This document shows, piece after piece, positions 39,724 to 49,176 of a DNA stretch of 64,000 nt; position 1 is the first letter of the stretch, and each line of letters opens with the position of its first letter. Both the position numbers and the translations under genes were made by a program. Origin of the DNA: Candidatus Latescibacterota bacterium (GTDB taxonomy: Bacteria > Latescibacterota > UBA2968 > GCA-2709665); the NCBI GenBank assembly GCA_965219995.1, contig CBDCOX010000002.1:2848001-2912000 (forward strand), given 5' to 3'. Under the pieces are notes generated by a model. The model was not told the origin of the DNA. It saw nothing but the letters and a program-made list of their open reading frames with translations, and did no database searches.

Positions 39724-39827
39724 GGGCAAAACATCAATTCGCGGAAAAGCGGGGAGACGGGAGACGACAACCCGCGTCCACGGTACGAACATGCTGCCTG
39801 GCGAAATTTACCCGGCCATAGGCACGC

Positions 39828-40120
39828 AAACCTCTCCCCCCGACCCCCTCTCCCAAGGGGAGAGGGGGAGAAAACCAGCTAACGGCTTTCGGCTATCAGC
39901 CAGAACCGATTAGCAATACGGATGTGCGATATCTATCATCGAAGTCAGCGCCGCGGCGTGGCATAGCCAGAGGGGACGCGTCGAGGGCAGGATGCCCTCG
40001 TTCCCAGGGGGAACTCTGCCCCCGGCCCCCTCTCCTAAAGGAAAGGGGGAGAAAACCAGGCGTCCATCAAGCGATGACAGTTCCCCCCTTACTTCAGGAA
40101 GGGGGAAAGGGGGTACGTCT
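39828..40120. repeat. CCCTCTCC-type palindrome cluster
   Basis: 39831-39874 resembles 38055-38098; 40014-40118 resembles 50894-51002; also GAGGGCAGGATGCCCTC. Confidence 0.8.
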
Positions 40121-40544
40121 CGAAAAGGCGAGGAGGGAAGAAGGGAAAGGACCTTACTGCACCCCACCGGGTTCACGCTCTATCAAAAGTGCCTAACTTT
40201 GAGCCGGTGCATTATTCAAAAACAAAACCGGTGTTGATACCTTTTTCTCTCAGCCGTTGTGAAATTTCGGTTTCGGGACACGCAGGCCGCCGGTCCCGAT
40301 GTCAAAACGAGACAGCACATCACTTTAGTGCGTTGTCCCGTTATTTGCGTACGAGACGACCCCGACGCAAGGGTTTCTTCATCGTGTCATTGCATCCTGG
40401 CAAAAACGTTACCGGACGAGAATTTTCGTTATATTTCGACACATAGCAAGAAAAACAGTTTTGCATTTCGTCTCGGGCCGGGTGCCTGCCCGAACAAATG
40501 ACGTAGGTGATTTCCTGGTATGCGACGTGCAGGTTAGCTCCGAC

Positions 40545-40710
40545 TGCCATTCTGAGGAAACCGTCAGAGAAACCAGGCCTCCGCGCACAAATGGGACCGT
40601 GAAGGCTTCCGCTACACGTCAAGCCCGGAAGACGGGAGATTCTTCGCTTCGCTCAGAATGACATGTTTTGCAAGAACCATTGGCAAAATGTCTCGATCAT
40701 GCCTGCGCCC
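40545..40710. repeat. REPIN-like unit plus conserved spacer
   Basis: CATTCTGAGG...GAGATTCTTCGCTTCGCTCAGAATGACA followed by the spacer also seen at 38307. Confidence 0.8.
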
Positions 40711-40830
40711 GCACGTCCACGCCGAGAAAGCGTGAGTGTCGAGGGGATTCCAGACCTGATCAGCCACTGTGTCTTTCAGTTCGCGTGCGGGTATGCGGCT
40801 GCGAACGATTGCAATGCATTGCGCGCGTAA
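40711..40830 (+). pseudogene. Degraded IS1380-family transposase fragment
   Basis: Translates to RPRRESVSVEGIPDLISHCVFQFACGYAAANDCNALRA*, matching the IS1380 N-terminal DLxxQRVFQIACGYEDxNDxxxLR pattern (recalled, not searched). Confidence 0.62.
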
Positions 40831-41005
40831 GATCAGGGCATCCATCCATGCTTGCCACACCCAAGATAATGATCTCGACACCCCTCGCCGCTGCCGGGAA
40901 ATGTAAAATTACTCATCAAGCCGTCACCAACACGTTGTTCTACTATTTTCTCATCTCCAAAATGCCCTCTACATCCAAAAACACCGTTTCGTTCACTTTC
41001 GGGAA

Positions 41006-41270
41006 TTAACCTTGATTCGTCATTTTTCGAAAACGTTTATTCGAATGAACGCAGGTTGATAAAGGCGATTAAACATCTGATTACCAGGAACCTTCAGGTC
41101 ACTGGACGTGAACGGAAAAAATGTCCTTCCGGACGACCTTTTCGGTCTGGCGAGGAAAGAACTGCAGTGTCACCGCGTTATGACACACGCCGCTTTGCAC
41201 GGATGCTTACTGTGCCTTTTGTGCTTTTTGTGGCCAATTTTTCGGTGTTCTTTTTTCACATTGAGGTTAA
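41006..41270. mobile_element. MITE copy 1 (about 260 bp, TTAA-flanked, CCT...AGG ends)
   Basis: Near-identical to 53458-53721; TTAA|CCTTGATTC ... ATTGAGG|TTAA; no coding capacity evident. Confidence 0.8.
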
Positions 41271-41404
41271 TCGGATGAAGAGTAGGGTTTGCTATTCTTT
41301 ACATAGGGACGATATATTGTCTTTGTTCTCATGTATGGTTGCGGATATATAAAACCCAGTACGGCGTAATGGATCCCACCAATCCCATTGCAAAGGAAAG
41401 AGAT

Positions 41405-42487
41405 ATGACCTGTTTCGATTCTATGCGGCGGATCTTCCTGGCCTCCCTCTGGCTGGGGATGGCCCTGCTTCTCTGCCAGTGTCAGGGCGGAATGCGGTCA
41501 TTGCGCCGTACGTCGCCCGATGTGGAGGTCATCGTCGCCGAGACCTTTCTCACCGAGCGCAGGAGAGCGGACAACGTTGACTCTCCGGCGGTCTGGCACG
41601 GCCCCGGAGGCCGCCACTGGATTGTCACCACCGCCAAATCGGCGCACCAATTGCTCGTTCACAACGCGGCCAATGGAAAGCTGATCCGCCGGGTCGGCGG
41701 CCAGGGTACCGAGGCGGGCCGCTTCGGTCGCCCCAACGGCATCGTCGTGATCAGCGACTTCGTCGTCGTTGTCGAACGCGACAACCATCGTCTGCAGGTC
41801 CTGTCGCTGCCCGATTTCGAGCCGGTGGCCCTTCTCGGGGCCGGAGTGCTGCGCGAGCCGTACGGTATCGCCGAGGTCCCCCGAGAAGGCGGCTGGGACG
41901 TCTGGGTCACCGACAACTACGAACCAGGCTCGTCCTCGGCGCCGGCCTCGGAGATGGGAGAGCGTCTGCGCCGATTCCGCATGCAACTGTCGGATAGCCA
42001 GTTGACCGGGGAGTACGTCGGCGCCTTTGGTGACACCACGGAGGCCAGCTACCTGAGGAAGGTTGAGTCGATCGCCATAGACCCCCTCCACGGCAGAATG
42101 CTGGTTGCTGATGAGTCGGAAGGGGTACTCAAGGTCTATGATCTCGAGGGACGGTTCACCGGCCAGCTCGTGGGGGCCGGGGTCTTCAACCACAAACCGG
42201 AAGGCATGGCACTGCTGGAATGTGCGGAAGGCCGCGGCTACTGGCTCGCCACGGACCAGGATTTTCAGAAAAACCGTTTCCTGATTTTCGACCGGGAGAA
42301 TCTCGCCATTCAGGGCACCTTCTCAGGAGCCGTTACCGTCAATACCGATGGCGTCGCCCTCACCAGCCTCAACTTCGGGCCGTTCAGCCGGGGCGCCTTC
42401 TACGCCGTGCACAACGACGGCAACGTCGCCGCCTTCGACCTGGCGAAGATCGTCGCGGATCTCGGACTCGTCTGCGGACCCCGGTAA
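41405..42487 (+). CDS. Beta-propeller phytase-like protein, exported
   Basis: DSPAVW, TTAK, EPYG, VESIAID, PEGMAL, NTDGVA, AVHND motifs; hydrophobic N-terminus with Cys. Confidence 0.8.
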   Translation: MTCFDSMRRIFLASLWLGMALLLCQCQGGMRSLRRTSPDVEVIVAETFLTERRRADNVDSPAVWHGPGGRHWIVTTAKSAHQLLVHNAANGKLIRRVGGQGTEAGRFGRPNGIVVISDFVVVVERDNHRLQVLSLPDFEPVALLGAGVLREPYGIAEVPREGGWDVWVTDNYEPGSSSAPASEMGERLRRFRMQLSDSQLTGEYVGAFGDTTEASYLRKVESIAIDPLHGRMLVADESEGVLKVYDLEGRFTGQLVGAGVFNHKPEGMALLECAEGRGYWLATDQDFQKNRFLIFDRENLAIQGTFSGAVTVNTDGVALTSLNFGPFSRGAFYAVHNDGNVAAFDLAKIVADLGLVCGPR

Positions 42488-42530
42488 CGGTTTCTGGTAG
42501 AATCCGATGTCCCGAAGCATTGGGATGAAC

Positions 42531-42618
42531 GCGGTCCGGTAGATTCAGGACCGACCCGACGAGGCGTACGAGAACGTGAGATATACCAACTTCCAGTGGT
42601 ACGAAGACAGGAGAACGG
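42531..42618 (+). pseudogene. 88-bp fragment homologous to the 3' part of the Asp-box gene (50242-50329)
   Basis: 76/88 identical by manual alignment, with an in-frame TAG. Confidence 0.85.
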
Positions 42619-42621
42619 ACC

Positions 42622-42985
42622 GGTGAAGGCATCCGCTGCACGTCAACCCGGGTAGACGGGAGATTCTTCGCTCCGCTCAGAATGACATGCCGGCCGACCG
42701 GTAGAACCGTTGTAAGTGAACTCCCCGTCGCTGATTTCAAAAGGCGGCGGGTTTTTTTTGAGGGTGGGGCGGACATTCCTGTCTGCCCACTCGCCAAACT
42801 TCCATCCTGAGGAAGCCCAATCGAAGATGACGCCTCCGCGCATATGGGCAGTCGAAGGCTTCTGCTGCACGTCAACCCGGGAAGACGGGAGATTCTTCGC
42901 TCCGCTCAGAATGACAAGCTTTGCAACAGACATAAGCGGGACGTTTCGGTCATGCCTGGGTCAGTACTGTCATCCTGAGGACGAA
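42622..42985. repeat. Composite REP-like array 4
   Basis: Two CTTCGCTCCGCTCAGAATGACA units, a block of about 110 bp shared with 31577-31685, a GGTG REP and TCATCCTGAGG heads. Confidence 0.85.
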
Positions 42986-43137
42986 TTACGATTTCGTTGA
43001 GAGCATTTTCCGACTGAACCCGAAAGCGGACTTGCGTTTTTCGTATATCAGGGTACAATAGGGGTACAGAACAGAGGAGAAGCCGTCCGGTATTGCTTCC
43101 GAGTCGTTCCCTTTACACCCTTCATCCGGAGAATGAG

Positions 43138-44874
43138 ATGAGCGCTGGTGTCCGCAAGTTCATTGTCTTTGCCATTGCCCTGGCCGTATCCTGGATCGTC
43201 GGGATCAACGTGGCCCCGACCTGGACCGTCGAGCAGATCGCCCTCGATGCTCACGTCGACAGAGACGGAAATCTCTACTACATATATCGGGGAGAGCCGG
43301 CCTATTTTCACCCCGTACCCATTGAGGAGGCGCTGCTCAACCCCGAGCGAATGGAAGGCTCGCGCGAGACCCCGGAAGTGAAGAAGGAGTTTGTCTCCGT
43401 GGTCAGGATGGAGGAGGGGGAGCCAAGGACCCTATACTATCAGCTGCTGGCCAAGCACCACTGGGGATTCTGGTCCCTGCTTCCCGCGGTGGTCGCCGTG
43501 CTCCTGTGCTGGCTCACCCGGGAGCCGGTTACCTCGCTCATTGGCGGCATCCTGTCGGGAGCCCTGGTGCTTACCCGCTACGACTTCACCGGCGACGTGC
43601 TGATCCCCTCGCTGGCCACGACCAGCTCCGCCGGCGTCCTGCTCCTCTACCTGTGGCTGCTGGGCGGGCTGATGGGGATCTGGTCCCGGACGGGCGCCGC
43701 GCAGGCGTTCGCCGAGTTAATGACCGAGCGCTTCGTGCGCGGTCCGCGAAGCGCGAAGCTCGTCTCCTGGATGCTCGGCGTCATCTTCTTCCAGGGGGGC
43801 ACGGTCAGCACCGTGCTGGTCGGCACCACGGTCAAGCCGATCGCCGACACCGAAAAGGTCAGCCACGAAGAGCTCGCCTATATCGTCGACTCGACCGCCT
43901 CGCCGATCGCTTCCCAGCTCGCTTTCAACGCCTGGCCCGGATATGTACAGGCTTTCATCTTCGTCTCCGGGGTGGGCTTCCTCGCCACCGAGACGGACCG
44001 CATCGCCTTCTTCTTCCAGAGCGTGCCGTTCTGCTTCTACGCGATCTTCGCCGTGCTCGGCACCTTTCTCCTCAGCATCGAGAGGCCTCTGTTCCTCGGC
44101 AAGCGGCTCAAGGCGGCGATGGATCGCTCCCGCGCGACCGGCCAGCTCGACGCCGAGGGAGCGAACCCCCTCAGCGCGAAGGAGCTGCAGGGAAGCAACG
44201 TTCCCGAGGGCTATACCCCCCACGTGATGGAATTCTTCCTGCCTTTGATTTCCCTCATCGGCATCGCCGTCGGCACCTTCATCGTCAGCGGCTCACCCAA
44301 CGTGCAGTGGGCCTTCGGCACGGCCCTGGTGCTCGCCGCGGGGATGGCTCTGGCCAAGGGGATGTCGCTGAAGGATCTCGTGGCGGGATTCCACGACGGC
44401 CTCAAGGGGGTGGTGCTCGGTTCCGTCATTCTCCTGCTCGCCATCACCATCGGAGGGATAAACAAGGAGACGGGGGGCGGCATCTTTCTGGTCGAGCAAC
44501 TCGGGGAGGCAATTCCCTACTTCCTGCTGCCGGTGCTGTTGCAGATCATGACCATGGTCATCGCCTTCTCCACGGGGACGAGCTGGGGCACGTACGCGGT
44601 GGCCTTCCCGCTGGCCATGCCGCTGGCCTGGGCGGTGGCAGGGGCTCACGGGCTTTCACATCCTGAGCTTTTCATGACGCTCTGCTTCGCCGCGGTCATG
44701 GACGGCAGCGTGTACGGCGACCAGTGCTCGCCGATCTCCGACACCACCGTGCTCAGCTCGATGTGCACCGGCTGCGACCTGATGGACCACGTCAAGACTC
44801 AGATACCCCAGGCGTCCATCGCGGCCTTCCTGGCGGCGGTCTGCTGGACCGTCGTCGCCTTCTTCACCGCCTGA
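43138..44874 (+). CDS. Na+/H+ antiporter NhaC family transporter
   Basis: Many TMs; LAYIVDSTASP, FSTGTSWGT, GDQCSPISDTT motifs. Confidence 0.9.
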   Translation: MSAGVRKFIVFAIALAVSWIVGINVAPTWTVEQIALDAHVDRDGNLYYIYRGEPAYFHPVPIEEALLNPERMEGSRETPEVKKEFVSVVRMEEGEPRTLYYQLLAKHHWGFWSLLPAVVAVLLCWLTREPVTSLIGGILSGALVLTRYDFTGDVLIPSLATTSSAGVLLLYLWLLGGLMGIWSRTGAAQAFAELMTERFVRGPRSAKLVSWMLGVIFFQGGTVSTVLVGTTVKPIADTEKVSHEELAYIVDSTASPIASQLAFNAWPGYVQAFIFVSGVGFLATETDRIAFFFQSVPFCFYAIFAVLGTFLLSIERPLFLGKRLKAAMDRSRATGQLDAEGANPLSAKELQGSNVPEGYTPHVMEFFLPLISLIGIAVGTFIVSGSPNVQWAFGTALVLAAGMALAKGMSLKDLVAGFHDGLKGVVLGSVILLLAITIGGINKETGGGIFLVEQLGEAIPYFLLPVLLQIMTMVIAFSTGTSWGTYAVAFPLAMPLAWAVAGAHGLSHPELFMTLCFAAVMDGSVYGDQCSPISDTTVLSSMCTGCDLMDHVKTQIPQASIAAFLAAVCWTVVAFFTA

Positions 44875-44901
44875 GAAGAATTGGACTCGGCAGGCGGACA
44901 G

Positions 44902-47826
44902 TCAGGCGCTCTGTTCGCGTGTCCGTCCCTTTTTTTTGAATACTATCGAACGCCGTCGCCCCTTTTCCTGGACGTTCCGCGTAAATTTGCAGTCGGGCCA
45001 ATTCGAACAACCGATAAACCGCCCATATTTTCCACGCTTCTCCCGCAGCCATCCAAAGCACGCCGGACATCCCTCAACGGCCTGCCTGCAGTCCCGGCAG
45101 CGGTAGTTCTCATCGGCTTTCGCCAACAGTCCGGTCCTGCAATGCGGACACCCGGACTGTCGATACTCGCAATACGGCCAATGCGAACAACCGTAGAATG
45201 TGCCCCCGTCCTCAGCGTTACGTCTCCGCTGCAACCTTCCATGGATGCATTTGGGACACGGAACATCCCGTTCCGGTTGCTTCCCGTGGACCTCTACGTC
45301 ATAGCCGCCCTTCATCAACTCCTCGACGAAAGCCGAAGGCGTTCCGGAATCGACGACGAGATAGACTCCGCGCCTGGCGCGTGTGACCGCGACGTAGAAC
45401 AGGCGACGCTCCTCGGCGTTTGGATGTGCTTCCGGCTCAGCCAGAACGAGATCCAGTAGCGGGTCGTCGTCGATCTCGGAGGGGAAGCCGTACTTTCCTG
45501 AGTACATGCCCAGCACCACCACGTAGTCGGCCTCAAGGCCCTTGGAGCCGTGTACCGTCATGAAAGAGAGTTTGAGATTAAAATGCGCGCGCGCCAGCGC
45601 GTCCATATTCTGAGGCCTGGTGTGCCTGTACCGGCCCAGCAACAGGACGGTCGCGTGCTCGTCGTCCTCGGCGACATGAGCGGCAATTGCGTTCAACGCC
45701 TCCGCCAGGGGATCGGGAGACGTGTCCCGGGCGAACAATAAATGCACGCATGGCTCGGCTGCATTGAAGATGGACGTTACGCGCTTGCGGATCTGGGCAG
45801 GGTTGCTGAGCACGAATCGGGTTGCGACGTTGGCGATACGATCCGTGCACCTGAACGTCGTTTCCAGGTTGACGCGTTCGCCCTCGCCGAAGCGCGCCCT
45901 AAACTCTCGCATGATGCCGATGTCCGAACCCGCAAATCGGAAGATGGCCTGCCAGTCGTCGCCGACCGCGAACAACTGCGAGGTGTTCGATGTGTCCAGC
46001 AACGCCTTCAGCAGACGCGCTCTCCCGTCCGAAATATCCTGAAACTCATCCACGAGGATGTAACCGTACCGGTTGCGGTAACGCCCGCTCCGCACGTGTT
46101 CCGTCGCGTTGGTGATCATGTCGTGGAAATCGATCTGCCGCTTCCGAGCCAGCGACTCCTGGTAACGCTCATATACAGGAATGAAGACGGTCAGAAATGC
46201 CTCGGCCCGAAGACGGTTTCGAGCTCTGGCAGCGCGGCGGGCCACGTCGTCTGCCGTCAGTTGCGCACCCTTGTAGTGGTGGAGGAACGTCGCGACCAGA
46301 CGGATGAAGGGTTCGATTCGACCTTGCTGTTCGAGGACGGAGAAGGTATTCCGGGATGGGATCGGCGACAGCTTTATCCCGTGGACGGCCAGTTTTTCAG
46401 CCAGGTTCCCGGTCAGTCTGCCCGCATCCTTTTCGTGGCTGTAGGTCTCCACGAGAACCGTGCCGTGTTCCGCGTGCAGCCGTCTTTTCCAGTCCAACGA
46501 CCTGAGATATGCGTCGCGATCGATAAAGGGAGGCGTATCGTTCGATTCCGAGAGTGCGAAATGCTCAATGTAAATCCCCGTGCCGGTGAGGGTGAAATCG
46601 GGCTGGTATTGCCTCTTGTCCCTGGTGGCGGTGTCGTGTTCGTAGTCGCGTTCGTACTCATAGGGCACACCATTGAGGTAAAGGAAGTTGGCAATCTCGC
46701 ATTCTTCGAAGCTCTTTAGCTTCTCGCCTTGCAGAGACCGGACCTCGTTGTCCCGGAGATAGGCCCAATACTCTCCCTGAGTCCGGAATTCGAACTCGCT
46801 TCGGTACGGAGCAAAATGCCCTGCGAACCATCCGAGCATGTCGTCGGCGTGCCCGGGATCGGCGACGAGGTCGCCAACGATGCCCTTCAGCAGGTCGAAC
46901 AGGGCAAGGTCATCCAGCGCAGCCTTTGCCACGGCCGGGCGTCTGCGTTCCGCCTCCCCGATGATCGACATGCCCAGGCTGTGGAACGTTCGAACCGTGA
47001 GTTCATCGCCCAACCGCACGCCAAGGCGCTTCCGGATCCTCTCCTTCATTTCTTCCTGGGCGTCTTTGGCGAATGCAAGCAGAAGCAGTTCCGATGGACG
47101 CCGGTACCCCTTCTGAATGAGCCAGCCCGCCTTGGCAACGATGACTGACGTCTTGCCGCTTCCGGCGGCTGCGACGACCAGGTTGCGGTCGTCATCGACG
47201 ACAACCGCTCTGCGCTGCTCGTCCGTGAGCGGCCTGGACTCAATCCTTTCGAAGAAGTCCCTGGATCGGACCAGTTCTTTGGCCACAAACGTCTCGCAAG
47301 CTCTCGCCCGAAAACCTTCTAAATCGTCCGAGAAGTCCTGAATCGCCTTCAGCATTCGGATTTCTGCAAGGCCGGAGAGCTGTTCGGGCCACCGTGCGGG
47401 GAACCGGGCGACCACGTCTTCGGCATCTTGTTCGATCGGGGAAAAGACGGTACGCGCCACATACCGTGACGGGTCGGTAAACTGCGTGAGGCGTTCGTAC
47501 ACGGATTGAATCGTTCCGGCATGCGTATCCAGGGCGCCGCGCCACCAGTCGACTCTCGCGCCCATCAGTGCATCGCCGAATACCCGGGCGTCCGCCTTCG
47601 ACAGTCCGGATACCGTTGCACTGCCGGAGGCGAAACGTACTTGCAATCCTCCCCAGAACCACCCGAGCGCCACCTCCGCGGTCTCGATTTCGCGAAAGGG
47701 GAGAACCATCGACCGGGACGGGTATTCCAGGATCAATGTTTCGCTGTTCAACGTGACGGCTCCGGCATGTCCCCGGCGAAGAACCGGGAACACGTACGAG
47801 GCCAGGCCGGATCGTCCGACGCGCAT
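44902..47826 (-). CDS. helD: UvrD-family helicase IV-like protein with C-terminal topoisomerase C4 zinc ribbons
   Basis: AAAGSGKT, LVDEFQD, VGDDWQAIFRFAG, TVHGSKGLE, EERRLFYVAVTRA; CPKC/GCSHWPYC and CPAC/GCSNWPDC ribbons. Start uncertain. Confidence 0.85.
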   Translation of the reverse strand: MRVGRSGLASYVFPVLRRGHAGAVTLNSETLILEYPSRSMVLPFREIETAEVALGWFWGGLQVRFASGSATVSGLSKADARVFGDALMGARVDWWRGALDTHAGTIQSVYERLTQFTDPSRYVARTVFSPIEQDAEDVVARFPARWPEQLSGLAEIRMLKAIQDFSDDLEGFRARACETFVAKELVRSRDFFERIESRPLTDEQRRAVVVDDDRNLVVAAAGSGKTSVIVAKAGWLIQKGYRRPSELLLLAFAKDAQEEMKERIRKRLGVRLGDELTVRTFHSLGMSIIGEAERRRPAVAKAALDDLALFDLLKGIVGDLVADPGHADDMLGWFAGHFAPYRSEFEFRTQGEYWAYLRDNEVRSLQGEKLKSFEECEIANFLYLNGVPYEYERDYEHDTATRDKRQYQPDFTLTGTGIYIEHFALSESNDTPPFIDRDAYLRSLDWKRRLHAEHGTVLVETYSHEKDAGRLTGNLAEKLAVHGIKLSPIPSRNTFSVLEQQGRIEPFIRLVATFLHHYKGAQLTADDVARRAARARNRLRAEAFLTVFIPVYERYQESLARKRQIDFHDMITNATEHVRSGRYRNRYGYILVDEFQDISDGRARLLKALLDTSNTSQLFAVGDDWQAIFRFAGSDIGIMREFRARFGEGERVNLETTFRCTDRIANVATRFVLSNPAQIRKRVTSIFNAAEPCVHLLFARDTSPDPLAEALNAIAAHVAEDDEHATVLLLGRYRHTRPQNMDALARAHFNLKLSFMTVHGSKGLEADYVVVLGMYSGKYGFPSEIDDDPLLDLVLAEPEAHPNAEERRLFYVAVTRARRGVYLVVDSGTPSAFVEELMKGGYDVEVHGKQPERDVPCPKCIHGRLQRRRNAEDGGTFYGCSHWPYCEYRQSGCPHCRTGLLAKADENYRCRDCRQAVEGCPACFGWLREKRGKYGRFIGCSNWPDCKFTRNVQEKGRRRSIVFKKKGRTREQSA

Positions 47827-48280
47827 AGGTCCCCCGGTGCCCGTTAGCCTGTCTGATTCAAGATGACGAGTTCTAATGCAAATCATACGCCAGACCGGTC
47901 AGATACGACTGAAAAACCGGTCGTGCAGGGGATCGCTGCCCTGACCGCGGGCTACGCCTCATCGGCTGCCGCGCCCGCGTCAATTCCAGTCCCGATGGGG
48001 ATTGTACGGCAATCCGCCTTGAATTCCGCCGTTGTTTTCCGTTGACACGCTCCTGTAATGCCGCTTTCTTTCGCCTTCCTGCACGTGGCGTTTCGTTTTG
48101 AACAACATTTGCACGCGTCGTTCTCCAATGTCCCGGAACGGATGGCGTGTCTCTGCAGCAATTCTTGCGTTTTCTTTCAATGCAGTGAAAGCAATTGTAC
48201 ACGGAGTTCAACGCGGGACTAATAATCCATTCTCTTCCCATCCTGCGGGACGTTTTTTCTTGCAAGGAAAAGGATACGCC

Positions 48281-49081
48281 ATGGAAACCGTACGTGACAG
48301 GCTCTGGATCTTCACGTGTGTGGCCGGATCGGACAACGACTCTCTCACTTACGCCGGGTACACGCAGGGGTCTCGGATGACACCGGCCGAAGGCGCGTTG
48401 TTTCTGGACGTCCCCAACCTCCATATGATCCGGTGGCGCGGCCTGCCCGCGTATCCGTACGAACAGTACGCCGTTACCTTTTCCTCTCTGAAGCAGGTCA
48501 CCTGGTCCATCGTGGGCAGCGGCGGACAGGTGGAAGGTGACGAACTCCAGCGAGTGCTCGATCTGACCGAGCGGCATCCCAACATCACCGGCGTGTATCT
48601 GGACGACTTCATGCGAATGGACGGCAAAGGGGCCCTCGGTGTGGACGACCTCGCCAAAGTCCGTCCGCGACTGAACGTTGCAGGCAGACGGCTGGACCTC
48701 TGGGTGGTCCTGTACATCAGGCAACTCAACCTTCCCGTCGCGCCGTACCTGGAACACTGCGACGTGGTCAACCTCTGGACCTGGAACTCCGACGAACTGG
48801 CAGACCTCGAACGGAATATGGAACGCCTCGAAGCGGTCAATCCCGGCGGTCGGGTCTCCCTGGGGTGTTACCTCTGGGACTACCACAACCGGCGGCCCGT
48901 GTCGATTTCGCAAATGGAGCACCAGTGCAATCTGGGTCTCCGGTGGCTGAGGGAAGGCCGAATCGAGAGCATTGTCTTTCTCGGCAACACCTGCTGCGAC
49001 ATCGGCATCGAGTCCGCCTCGTGGGCACAGGCATGGATCAGGGAGGTGGGCGATATCCCGCTGAACGCGGTCGACGAGTGA
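48281..49081 (+). CDS. Hypothetical protein (possible TIM-barrel hydrolase)
   Basis: Clean ORF with AAGGA RBS; GVYLDDF and LWVVLY suggest a barrel fold (weak). Confidence 0.65.
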   Translation: METVRDRLWIFTCVAGSDNDSLTYAGYTQGSRMTPAEGALFLDVPNLHMIRWRGLPAYPYEQYAVTFSSLKQVTWSIVGSGGQVEGDELQRVLDLTERHPNITGVYLDDFMRMDGKGALGVDDLAKVRPRLNVAGRRLDLWVVLYIRQLNLPVAPYLEHCDVVNLWTWNSDELADLERNMERLEAVNPGGRVSLGCYLWDYHNRRPVSISQMEHQCNLGLRWLREGRIESIVFLGNTCCDIGIESASWAQAWIREVGDIPLNAVDE

Positions 49082-49176
49082 ACCAAGCGCGGGAATCAAT
49101 AGCCACAAAAAGCACAAAAGGCACAAAACGGGTAAAGCAGTGCAGATATGCAAAGCTAAGTGAGGAGACGACCGAT

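Noticed and set aside
31245-42985. CRISPR array interpretation of the repeat clusters
   Set aside because: Repeats are of mixed types and orientations, the linkers are homologous to each other rather than unique, and no cas genes are present.
48143-48157. Second sigma54 promoter (TGGCGT...TGCA)
   Set aside because: GG-to-GC spacing is one base short of the required distance.
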